Positions 26,676 through 38,900 of a DNA stretch of 64,000 nucleotides are shown in pieces. Under the pieces are notes generated by a model that saw only the letters and a list, made by a program, of their open reading frames with translations, was not told where the DNA came from and ran no database searches. Positions within the stretch are counted from its first letter, which is position 1. Every line of letters starts with the position of its first letter. The position numbers were made by a program, and so were the translations under genes. Source of the DNA: Psilocybe cubensis (lineage: Eukaryota); the NCBI GenBank assembly GCA_017499595.2, contig CM039005.1:2418001-2482000 (forward strand), written 5' to 3'.

Positions 26676-29600
26676 TGTTGAAACAGGCGAGCTCGGGGCA
26701 GTGTGAGCCACTCGGCGACCTAGTTATAGAACGTAGGGCGCAGGGATAAGCGAGCACGAAGCGTTTGAAGTCCAAAGTGAGTAACTGAGTGAATTGAGCA
26801 AAGTGCTAACAAACTAACCTGAAGTCCGAAGTGAGTAACTGGGGACTTCAGGATGTAAACTAGAGTGACTATATACTATGTAGACTCAAGTACTCTGGTC
26901 TACCTAGGTCTACTCTGGTCCGGTCCAGACCAGTCTATGGACTGATAAATATCATGTGTCTAGAATGGTCTGGAGAGCAAATGAAGATAAGAAGAAAGTA
27001 ATCTAATCTGATAAGATAGCAAAGTGAGGGAGACATAGAGAGCAGTTTTAACACTCCCCCCTGTTCTGACAAGTTTCCAGAACAAAGAAAAATAAAGCAA
27101 AACAGAGAAAGAAAGATTAAAGTTTAAGACCCATTTTATCTCTACAAAAGTCCACTTTAGGAGGTGAGAGGGGTTTGGTAAGAATATCAGCAGCTTGCTG
27201 ATCAGTAGGAATATAAGAAGGAGAAATCTTTCCAACACCAACAGCATCCCTAAGCCAATAATAGCGCAAATCAAGGTGCTTCATCCGTCCATAGTGCTCT
27301 GGATTCTTGGAAACACTGATAGATGACTGGTTGTCCATATGCAGCACAGAGGGCTCAGTGACTGTGTAGCCAAACTCCTCAAGGATATTGCGCATCCACA
27401 CAATTTCCTTGGCTGCCTCCACCGCAGCAATGTACTCTGCCTCAGTAGTAGACAGAGTTACAACAGTTTGGAATTTGCTTGCCCAGACCTCCAGCTAAAA
27501 CGGTCAAATAACCACTTGTAGAGCGTCCAGTGTCTACACAATCACCATGTGCAGCATCAGTGTAAGTGACAAAGTTATCATGGCCCACAGTGCCAGAATA
27601 AGTCAACTTGTAATCCAGAGTGCCTCTGAGATAGCGGAATAAATGTTTAACCGCAGCCCAATGCTTAGGCCCAGGATTGGAGTTGAAGCGTGCCAGATAG
27701 GACACAGTAAAAGCAATGTCAGGACGGGTCATGGTGGCTAGATACTGCAAGGAGCCAACTGCATTGAGGTAGGGAACATTTCGCATAAATTCCACCTCAT
27801 CTCCATTCTGAGGTCCATCTGCCTTGGAGAGAACAGTGCCCACAGCCATAGGTGTTTTGACCGGATTAGAATCAGTCATGCCATATGTATCAAGCATATC
27901 AAGGATATACTGACGCTGATGCAAGGAAATGGTTTTAGCAGCCATATCTCGCTCAATGGCAACACCAAGTAAATACTGTGTAGGACCCAGATCACGGAGT
28001 TCAAAACGCGCAGCTAGCTGCTTAACAGCTCTATCTATGGCAGCGTCCGATTTGGAGGCAAAGGTAATGTCATCAATGTAAATGGGAACAATAATCTTCA
28101 CATCTCCATCTGAATAGATATAGACAGAGCGATCTGATTCTATACGCTTGAACCCCATATCTGACAATGCCTCATGCAACTTGAGGTTCCATTGACGTGC
28201 AGACTGCTTAAGACCATAGAGCGACTTTTTGAGTTTCAAAACCATGTTAGGACCACCTTGGTGAAATCCTTCAGGTTGTAACATGTAAATCTCCTCGTCA
28301 AGGTCACCTTTAGTGAAAGCAGCTGTAATATCAACAGAGCGCAACTTCAAGTCTCCAATGGCGGCCAGAGCCACAATCAAGCGGAAAGTAGCAGGGCGGA
28401 AAGTAGGAGCAAAGACCTCATGGTAATCAATGCCAGGGCGCTGACTGTAGCCCTTGGCAACAATACGAGCCTTGTAGCGCTCTATACTGCCATCTGCATT
28501 TCGCTTGATTTTAAAGACCCAACCACAGCCAATTGCCTTTTGACCCGGAGGGAGCTCAACTCGCTCCCAAGTTTGATTGTGCTGCAACAGATTGAATTCT
28601 GTGTTAGCAGCCTCTTCCCACATGTGCGCATCAGGCGCTTTCATTGCCTGTTTGAATGTGCGCGGATCTGCGCTTGAAACAAGCCCAGCAAACTCCACCT
28701 CTTCAAATCCAGGATCATTGGCTTCAGGTGGTTCAGGATCATGTGAGACCTTCCACCATTCACCAGGCTGCTTAGGAACGCGAGTAGTGCGTCTCAACGT
28801 TGCAGGATCAACTGGAGCACGCTGGCGGCGTGCAGGCTTAGGAGGAGCTGCAGGAATGGCCTCAGGCTGTGGCGGTTCAGCTGGCTGTTCAGGAGGCGCA
28901 ATAGGCACTTCTGGCTCAATGACAGGACTTGGAGTAGAGTCATCCTCATCATCATCAAAATTGAAGCCATTAGAGTCCCCCCCTGAATTGGGAGGTGGTG
29001 CACTTGCAGAAGAAGTGGGAAGAAGGTCAAACTTTGGCATAGGGCCAGTGGACACTCCAGGGAAGCACCTTTCGTCGAAATCAGCTCTCTCAGAGATAAT
29101 GAACCTTTTGGTGACTGGGTTGTAAAACTCCCAGCCCTTGTACCCAGTAGGATACCCAACAAAGATACACTTCTCCATATGAGGCTGCAACGATTTGCGC
29201 TTATCTCCCTGAACATAAACATATGCAAGGCAACCCCAAACCCTCAAATGACTAACATCAGGTTTGCGCTTGTTCCAGCTTTCATACGGAGTCTTGTCCG
29301 GTAGAGGAGCTGTAGGAACACGATTCCATACATGCATGTATGCTGCAACACAGCGACCCCAAAACGAAGGTGGAACACGAGCCTCATTGAGCATGGAAGT
29401 AACATGTTCTGCCATGGTGCGATTTGCACGCTCTGCAACTCCGTTCTGTTGTGGGCGATTTCGCGTTGTACGACGACGCTCAATGCCACACTGGTCAGTG
29501 AATTTGATGAAAGCATTTGACATGTATTCACCAGCTTTGTCATCCTGCAGCGCTTTGATCTTAAAGCCTAATTTGTTCTCAGCCCATGCTTTGTACGTTT

Positions 29601-30697
29601 GAAACGCACTGAATGCATCGCTTTTGCGCTTAAGAAGCACAGCAGCTCTACTCTTTGTATGGTCATCAATAAAGGTTATCCAGTAGCGATAGCCTTCAGG
29701 AGTAGGGGGCGAGATAGGACCTTTCAGATCTGAGAAGATAAGCGCAAGCGGAACATCTGACATGCTGGGTGAAGAAGGAAATGGGTTGGAATGCATCTTG
29801 CCTGCAAGGCAAGGTTCACAAATGGGGTCAGGCTGTTGCTGTGAATTCAGCTTGAGTCCGGTGACCATACCCTCTCTAATCATCTTCTGGATGTCAGTGT
29901 AGCTATGATGAGCAAAGCGACGATGCCAGAGACTGATATCAAGGGGTAGAGTGGAATTGGAGGAAATGAAGGCAGATTCCGAAATAGGAACTGTATAACC
30001 GTTCAATAAAGCGCAGTTTGATGTACTAACATCTGCAGAGAAGAGACAAGCTCCTTTGCGATAAAACTCCATCAGATTAGCATCAATGGTGATTTTGAAG
30101 CCTTTGTGCTTTGTGAGGTATAGAACAGACAGTAGATTGTTTCGGAGATCTGGTACATGTAAAACTCTAGTTAACTCGACGCCTCTTGACTTTATTCCAT
30201 TTACAACTGGTTCAAAGAACACAGTGCCCACCCCTGCAGAATAAATAACTCGTTCATCTGCTAATCGGATTGGAATGCGAAGAGGGGTGTAATTTCTAAC
30301 CCAATTGCGGTGGGGCGTCATATGAGAAGTCGCCCCTGTGTCTGCAATCCAATCGTCATTAGTTTGGGGTGAAATGGAAGAGGGAACATCGGTATTAAGA
30401 GCACTTGCATTTCCAGCAAATTCTATGTCCTTGGACTCTTTTTCCTCTGAGGCCTTGTGCGCTCTGTTGCCTTTGCAAGCTGCTTTGACACGCTCCTTTG
30501 CATCCTTTTGCGCAGCAATGAACTTGTGACACTTGTCCATTGCATGATTGGTCATATCACAAAATGCACACTTGGGCTTGGATGCAGAAGGGGCTGGAGC
30601 GGTCTTGAATGCGGTGGCGAGTGCAGGCAACTCCGAAGCGCGGCAACGTTGCTGTATGTCCTCTGTGACAAAGGCTTGATGAATTGTAGCCTTGTCC
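26676..30697 (-). mobile_element. 5'-truncated Copia element (3' LTR 26676-27053, PPT, pol)
   Basis: Reverse-complement copy of about 43045-47086; homology stops abruptly at 30697 within gag; no 5' LTR or PBS adjacent. Confidence 0.95.
27117..30697 (-). pseudogene. Copia gag-pol (PR-IN-RT-RNase H), N-terminally truncated, 8-bp deletion frameshift at about 27487
   Basis: ORFs 27442-30630 and 27117-27422; GCTATTGG is missing relative to the intact copy. Confidence 0.92.
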
Positions 30698-31639
30698 GGT
30701 GCATGGCCTTTTATTAGATAGTGAAGTGCTGATTACAACAATCTTGCCACTTCAAAGCCAAAAAAGCAATGCCCAAATACTTAATTGCACAATCACACCA
30801 GTGAATACCATATTATTGATGTTGATGCAGGTACAGTTCTCCGTGATACATGTTTATATATTTTGAATCATGGTAGTGATACTTCACATTCATTCAGTTC
30901 CCCGTTCCGGTTCTGGGTCCATCTACACTACCCAACCCAGAATTTGCATTGGATTTGCCTCGTCGCCATTTTGACTAGAACATCTGTTGAGTTGGTCACC
31001 ACATTGACATCAAACTCTACAAATCTTTGCATCTTAGAAGACTTAGAAGTGCCTATAGTCAATGCTGTGGTAACTGTATCACAGCTTGTATTGTTTGTAT
31101 TGTCCTACTAATGCAGATCCGATTTGTAGAAACACACAGACAGGTTGGCCAGTGGTACTACAAGCAACATTTCTGGCACTTCTGAACCACCTGCATTCCA
31201 GAGGGTAGAGGAGTGGAGCTGACTATACCTAATGGAGTTTAGCAAAATGCTATATCAACTTGTCATACAAGGGTAATGGCTACTTATTGTTTTTTGTTGT
31301 TATTCTTTTTCTAAATGTGTCATTGTTAAGTTAAATTCTTTGTAAGTTCAAGTCATTTCTTTGTTATTCTATAACTGACAACCACATTATACAAACCAGA
31401 GCCAGACTTACCAGTCCAAATCCGGCCTCTGAAGTTCCTGGGCAAATTGCTCTTGAAAATACCTCTAATTCCAAATCTTCTATGGTCCCAGCACAAAAGG
31501 GGAAGAAAGCAAAACCCATGGTGGTTTCAAAGGTGCTGACCACTTGGTAAGAAATGTATATCTTCTATGTATACCTCATAATGATTTGTTTGCATTTAGA
31601 AATTTTTTTGCACTTGATTACCTGAGAACACACCCTAAT

Positions 31640-32022
31640 TGTTAAAACTGCTCTTTATGTCTCCCTCACTTTGCTATCTTATCAGATTAGATTACTTTCT
31701 TTTTATCTTCATTTGCTCTCCAGACCATTCTAGACACATGATATTTATCAGTTCATAGACTGGTCTGGACCGGACCAGAGTAGACCTAGGTAGACCAGAG
31801 TATTTGAGTCTATACTGTACAGTATATAGTCACTCTAGTTTACATCCTGAAGTCCTCAGTTACTCACTTTGGACTTCAGGTTAGTTTGTTAGCACTTTGC
31901 TCAATTCACCCAGTTACTCACTTTGGACTTCAGATGCTTTGTGCTTGCTTATCCCCACGCCCTATGTTCTATAACTAGGTTGGCAAGTAGCTCAGACTGC
32001 TCCGAGCTCGCCTGCTTCAATA
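31640..32022 (+). mobile_element. More diverged solo LTR of the same Copia family
   Basis: Collinear with the other LTRs, with C>T changes; TSD ambiguous (TAAT(T) / TGATT). Confidence 0.9.
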
Positions 32023-33484
32023 TGATTACCATATGTACCAGTCTTGTTGTAAAGGCTTGAATTGATGTCAAATTCCAGTTACTATCTACTAGTACAGTAG
32101 TATTAGTAGTTTCTTTACATTCTTAGTGATAAGTGTGAATATACTCTTACTAAAATAATTTGAAACATTAGTGTGGTAGGGCTTGTACAAACAAATTCAA
32201 TAATATATTGTCCTTACATATATTATGGCTCCAACTCTTGCACTAGATACCAGACAACGGGTGCAATGAACCCAGGTATAAAAAGGCTTGACAACCATCA
32301 ACAAGTGCTCTTATGGGTATATATTCTAAGAATAAGTGTTTGACAACTGTGAACATGTTGTCTTAGTGTTTAAGATTCATCAAATGGTTTTCAATCATCC
32401 AGCAATGGAGATTAACTATACATACAATATTACCAGGATAAGAATCTGATCAATGACTTGTTTTTCCAAAACAGTGCAGGTAGACAACAGAATCCATGCA
32501 AAGTATTTAAATGCAAACACTACATCATAATGGTGGTGACCAATCCCTGATGCGTATGACCGCGGGTGACTTGGGTTGTCACACTGTGACACCACCCATA
32601 TCTTGAGACATTAACTTTATGCTTCATGCATTGGTAGCATAAATTGTAAAATGGCTCCAATATAACTATATACTATATATCTACACTCTGTGAAAGTAGC
32701 TAAGGCTAAGGTGCAATGTGTCTTTTCAAAATGCAAAATATTACTGTTTTCCCTGCCAAAAATAGTGCTCTTGACTATATAACTATTATCATCACAGCAG
32801 ATAATGCTATCAGAATGGTTGATAGAGCAAAAAGTATCTATTTTCAATTCTAAACAACTCTATTAGAGCAGAATTTTTGATTTCTTTTTCATTGCTGAGA
32901 TATATCCCCAAAATAGCGGTTTTTAAAGACTTAAAGAGAGAAAATAAAAATTTCGCTCTGACCACCTTGTTTGTATTGAAAAATAGACCAATTTTGCTCT
33001 CTAAATTATACCTTGAATCAATGTTCTCAGTGAGCTATTCTTCTCGTATTGATTTACCTGCAAAATGACAATAACACAGCCACTGATTGCATTCCCAAAT
33101 GGGCCGGAAATATCCCGCAACTGCCTCACGGATGCCTTGCACACTCAAAATAGTCTCAAAACAGTATATATATACACAGAGGCTGCGCAGAAATACTTTT
33201 TTCCCCTTTACCACCATCATCTCTACACACAACTGCTCGATCTTGTTGTTCTTTGCATTTTTAGACCCAATATCTTTGTTTCTTTTCCCTTTTGACCACA
33301 TATTGATTGTGTATATCTCCAGTAAGTAGATTTCTTTATTCTAGAGTTGTACTATCGCTAAATAAATTTAACAGACTTTTTTTTGCAACCTATAAGCCTG
33401 CTTTTAAATAGCTTTTTGTCTATAACCTTTGGTGAGCTATTATATAAAGCTAGGATGTTTTATTCTAATTTATTATTTTGCAAT

Positions 33485-35510
33485 ATGCAAGATTTCTTAA
33501 CTATCATGCCGCCTGGCAAAGCAAAACGGGTTGTATCCATTGCAGCAGCCAGAGAGGCTAAAGCAGAAAAGAAAGCTGCGCTTGACTCAGAGACTGCATT
33601 GGAGAGTCTTTGGGAAGAACTTAAAGCTGCACAATCACGTATCAAGGAATTAGAGACCATGCTTTTTAAGAAGGAAAAAGAGTGTGCTGGTCTAAGTTTA
33701 AGGCTTGAAAGTGCTCTTTTGGAGTTGGACAAGCATAAGAATGAAGCCTCCTTGATGAAGTCTAAAAGCAAAGACACTTATCATGAGCTTCGCATGCAAC
33801 GTCAAACTACAAAGCGCTAGAAAGCTAAAAACTCTCAATTAGAGGAACAAATTATGATTTTAAAGACAGCAGAGAAACAAGCATCCATACAGCATTTACG
33901 TGGAGCTCAGCAGTCACATGAATCCCACTTATCACTTAAAAAGGCTAATAAAGAATTGCGACAGACCTTATCTAAATCCTTATCCCAATGGTTTCTCCAA
34001 TTGGCTGATGCACATTCCAAGCTTAGTATATCCAATGACCATCTGCAGGATCTTCAAAAAGAGGCACTGAATCTGCGCAAAACCTTGGAATACACCAAAG
34101 CTACCAAGAATAAAGCTCTTGCTAATTTGCATCATAAAATTTATCAAGAGCAATCTGTGCATCATTTTACCAGCAAAGGAGTTATTACAGAAAGCACTTG
34201 GGATGTTGTTTGCCTTCTTGTTAAGGCTGGCTGCTCACGCAATTATATCCAAGATATTATAATGGCCGTGTTAAAATCTATGGGATTGGAAGCTATTGGT
34301 GGAATTAGTCGGGCTTCGGTGTCTTGCATTCTTCGTAAAGGTTACTTTGCTGCACAAATTCAACTTGGATATAAAATGAAGAATACAGATGGAATGACCT
34401 TTAGTGCCAATGGTACAGGCTACCGGAGCATCAATTATAATTCCCAATATGTTCATCTTCTTGCAAAAAACTCCACAATACTTGACAATACCACATTTGA
34501 ACAGCATGTTACTCGTTCACTTGGAATCCAATCTTTACGGGATGGTACAAGTGCAGAAGCTGTAGCAGATTGGCAAAAATCATTGGAGGGAATTCTTAGC
34601 ATTTACAATAATAGTCCACTTGGCAAGCAATCTGGATCCATTTTTAAAATTGCAGAACTCTTTATAAAACTTATGGGGATAAATACCAATCATTGTGCAA
34701 AGAAAAAGAAAGATGCTCATTTATTAGAGGCAATAAAGGCAGCTGCAGTTGATCAACAGCTTGGAGAGGAAAGAATGCTTGAAATGTCTTTTGAAGAAGT
34801 TTCAGAATATTTTTAAAAGGCTGAAGTAGCTATGATAAAGAAGGCAGGAGGGCAGAAAAAATGTGATGCTTTATCAGAAATCCAAAAAGGAGAAAGAAAA
34901 ACTGTTATATTGGAGACTGCAATTGCGCAACTTGGAAAGACTGCTTTTGATAGCCTTCCAGACTCTGAAAAGCAACTTCTTCGATTATTTATTTGGGCTA
35001 GATGTGGATGCCACAAAGACTTAAACACAGTCAAGGGTGGCTATATAGCAATGCTTAGGTGGTGGAATGAGAATGAAAGTGATGATGTTATCCGTCCAGT
35101 TCTGTTGGCAAATTGTGATAATGGTCCTGTTATACAAGAGCGTGCTACTATTCTTGAGGATAGAAATATACCCACAGCTGCTCAGGAGAGAGCCTTTTCT
35201 AAATCAACTCGAGGCGCAATTAAAACTATTAAAATTGCTGGAGCTATCTTTAACCACAAGGCTGATAAGAAAGGGCACCATGATGTATTCCGCTTTTGGT
35301 AGTGGGAGCACATTGGAGTTCCATTTACATTTCCAAATACTTTCAACAACTGGTTTCAATCCTATTGCAATGCATTTGCTGCATTTCTTTTGTATAAAGA
35401 AGAGTTCAAGCTGTTTTTAAAAAATCTCCGTATTAACAAACAAAACTCAACACTCAACCATATGGAAACCAATCTTATAAATGCTCTCAACTGCTCTTCT
35501 ACCGATAGCG
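33485..35510 (+). pseudogene. DDE-type transposase, 5' part (coiled-coil N-terminus, S.(D>N)GT, GCHKDLN CxxH motif), with stops
   Basis: ORFs 33383-33820, 33854-34816 and 34832-35302 lie in one frame separated by single stops; continues to the Copia insertion site. Confidence 0.7.
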
Positions 35511-35889
35511 TGTTAAAACTGCTCTCTATGTCTCCCTCACTTTTGCTATCTTATCAGATTAGATTACTTTCTTCTTATCTTCATTTGCTCTCCAGACCAT
35601 TCTAGACACATAATATTTATCAGTCCATAGACTGGTCTGGACTGGACCAGAGTAGACCTAGGTAGACCAGAGTACTTGAGTCTACACAGTATATAGTCAC
35701 TCTAGTTTACATCCTGAAGTCCCCAGTTACTCACTTTGGACTTCAGGTTAGTTTGTTAGCACTTTGCTCAATTCACTCAGTTACTCACTTCGGACTTTAG
35801 ACGCTTCGTGCTCGCTTATCCCTGCGCCCTACGTTCTATAGCTAGGTCGCCGAGTAGCTCACACTGCCCCGAGCTCGCCTGCTTCAACA

Positions 35890-35902
35890 GGTTATGGGCC
35901 CC
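35890..35902 (+). promoter_or_regulatory. Copia primer-binding site GGTTATGGGCCC(C), complementary to the anticodon arm of tRNA-Met (half-tRNA priming type)
   Basis: Directly follows the 5' LTR terminal CA; the reverse complement GGGCCCATAACC contains the CAT anticodon loop; same PBS type as Drosophila copia and yeast Ty5. Confidence 0.85.
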
Positions 35903-38900
35903 GCGCTCTAAGCGCTCCAATTCCGTGTTTTGCGAACCAAGTTGCTTTCTGCATAGTTTTCACAAAACGGTCATTTTAGTTTTTTTTTTGTCTTTTATCC
36001 TCTACCAGGCCCGGCCATACATTGCCGCTGCTAGTGGTTTACCGATCATGGGGGTGGGTATGTTATCTGCCAGTTATCTGCCCGGAATCTTCCGGGAAGA
36101 CATCCTTTTGCTCTTTATTCGATAACTCTACAACTTTACACCGTGAAAGTTAACAGTAATGTTGTTTGTAGGCCATAGAATACTATTTTCACTTCAAATT
36201 TGACAATGAGCGAGTGAGTGTGCTCAGAAACAGGTATATGTTATCTGCCACTGCAAATGTTATCTGCCATGCCCCTATTGTTATCTGCCAGTACACCGTT
36301 TTCAGTTCATTAGCTAATCCATTCTAAAGTCCCAACTCCGTTATTGTACCAAAACTGTAACTCGCTGCAACTAACGAGCGACAAGCTCAATACCTCTTTC
36401 CCTTCATTGTCCATCCAGCTTTTATTCTGAACAGTATTGAGACTAAACGTGCAGGTAAGCCCTTTCGGTATCTAGCTTAGAACGAGTGTATTTATTCATT
36501 GGTCTGTGTACTTTCACAGTGAATGTCAGCAAACATTTTGCTCCAGTCCGAAGGAGATTATCAAGCCGGTTCTATTGAACCTGCATGCTCCCACAGCAAT
36601 GTGTCGAGAATTGACGCCGTCCAAACACCGCCAGCGGAGACTTTTCAAGACGCGTCCGAGTCTGCTGTTATTCGTGACCGTGATGTTACAGGTATGTCAA
36701 TTAAATCACGTACGCGTCAATGACGTGTTGCACTAACAGACGCGGTTTGTAGATAGCGAAGCAGACGACGAGTTTGGCCTTGAGTTTGACTTGACACTGG
36801 AAGACTTGTTTGTTCTGGATGAACTTGAGCGTGAGGCATTGAAAAAAAATGACATAAATGCGAATCAGAGCACTAGTAAGTGATTTATCACTTTCTCGGA
36901 TATATATACACTTGTTATATTTACTGTTGAATAAATTTTACAGATTCAACGCCTACATCACCCTTATTGACGACGGCTGACAATCAGCCGTCAACGTCAA
37001 CGGATGCCGCTCATGTGTCAGTTATGGGTGAACGGGACTTGGAAGACCAAAATATGCCTCAGATAACCCTTGCCCAGCTACGTGAAGTTGCTTCACACTC
37101 ACAGCGTCGTAAGTGTGGGTATCTGTGTGAGAATATATGACTAACAGTACATATTTTAGAACCGTTTTTTACCCCCTATGCTACATATGAGGATAGTGAT
37201 ACGGATGACGATGCAGAAGTTAGTGATTGCGAGGACGAGGCTGGGAAGCCAAGGCAAGAACCTGCTAAAACAAGTCCAAAGGAAAAACACACAGGTATGT
37301 TCTTTGTATATATGTGCATTTTCTTTTAATTCAACATCATGCACATATGTCAGCCTGGTTCAAAAGACCACAGCATATGCCCAAGTGGCTATATGACTTT
37401 TTTGTGTCTGTTGTTCAGCCACTTATCTACTCAAAACATGGCAGAAAGCGTGGAATTCCTGCAATGTTCTCTGATAATACTCGAGCATATGCACCGCCGT
37501 CGTTCTGGATAAATCCTCCTGAGCCGTGCATATTACTTTCTAAGTACCGATTCGATCTTCCCACGCTTTGGCGCCCACGGATCTACGTCTGGATTCCTCA
37601 TGATTTTGTCAAGACTTTGTGCTGTCCAAACTGTGGAACTCCTCTAGAGAAGAATGGAGCCTCACGTCCTCGTCGAATTATTGACATCGAGGATAATTTC
37701 TACATTGTAACGTGGAAATATTACTGCCGCGATGGGTGCAAGTCGGCTTTCCGAGGTTGGAACACAGCTATAGTCAACTCTTTGCCTGCGTATCTACGAT
37801 TGGCCTTTCCAGCTGTGCTATCTCGTCGGAGCGGTGTTTCCACGCGCCTCCTGCGTCAACTTCGAGTTTGTAACCAACATAAGATGGGTCCGAGCGGCTA
37901 TCGGTCAATGTTGCTTGAAAATCATACGTTCAAATTCAGTCAAATTCAAAACCAATATCTCGAGGCAGTTTTCGAGATGGTTCGTGGACAGCAGCACGCA
38001 ACGTCAATAGGACAGGAAACGCTACATGCATTTGTTCCGCCAAAGGCTGATTCATTTGGGAACTTTACGGATCCTGACAAATACGCAGGGTTTGTTCCAA
38101 GCGAGAGATACCTTGCGAGCATGATGAATAAAGCCATTGAACGTGATGAAAGTGACGCTAATCAACACACTGCATGTCTTGCACCTGACCAAATCGCAAT
38201 CGATGACTCGCACAAGGTAATAATCAAATATATTACTTCTATTTGTGTCAATTCTTACTGATCTCCATTGCGTTAGGTCAACAAGCATATTGCAAAGGTT
38301 GACGGTGTACCAGTATTTACTGCACTATTTACGTGCATGGACTCAAAGTATATCCAGGGACAAGCTCTTACTCTCACTAAATCTCATGAAGAGCGCTCAG
38401 GCCCTTTACAACAAATTGCCAAATCTGTAAAGCGCTACGGACATGATAATCCAAGTGTTATGTATTCGGATGACCCGGTCAAGGTATGTTGATATTTGGA
38501 TTTGTCTTGATCAGTAAAAAGAAGCTAAAGTATTACTATGTATAAGGACAAACCACTTCTGTATAGCGCATTCCCAGAACTCTTTGAAGATTTAATGCCT
38601 ACGGCTGCTGCTCATGGTTTGACGGCACTTGATTTACCCGATGACATCAAAGTGTCCTGGTTGGCATCGTGGGATGTGACAGAATCCACACTTGCTGCTC
38701 TTCTATCATCCCTTGATTCTGATTCTGAAAGATATCTGTGTGTTAGCCTTGATGCTGAATGGAATTTGTCACGGAAGATTGGAGTGTCGGTAATCCAAAT
38801 TGCCCCTCACAGCCTTCCAAACGTGATCTATGTCATACCCGTGCGTAATAATTCAACTATATTTAAACTGTACTAAATGATTCAAAGGTTCATAAATTCG

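Noticed and set aside
26960-27274. 104-aa hydrophobic ORF running into the LTR (also 46488-46802), possible env-like gene
   Set aside because: It overlaps the pol end, PPT and T-rich LTR, starts with a non-ATG codon, and its hydrophobicity follows from base composition.
28420-29602. Antisense and alternative-frame ORFs over Copia pol (also 44068-45334)
   Set aside because: Shadow ORFs of the long pol frame, conserved only because the copies are nearly identical.
30698-32540. 5' LTR or continuation of the minus-strand Copia
   Set aside because: The LTR at 31640 is in the opposite orientation with no PBS; the intervening sequence is unrelated and unidentified.
35890-35915. tRNA gene
   Set aside because: Only an anticodon-arm complement (PBS); no acceptor stem, T-arm or B box.
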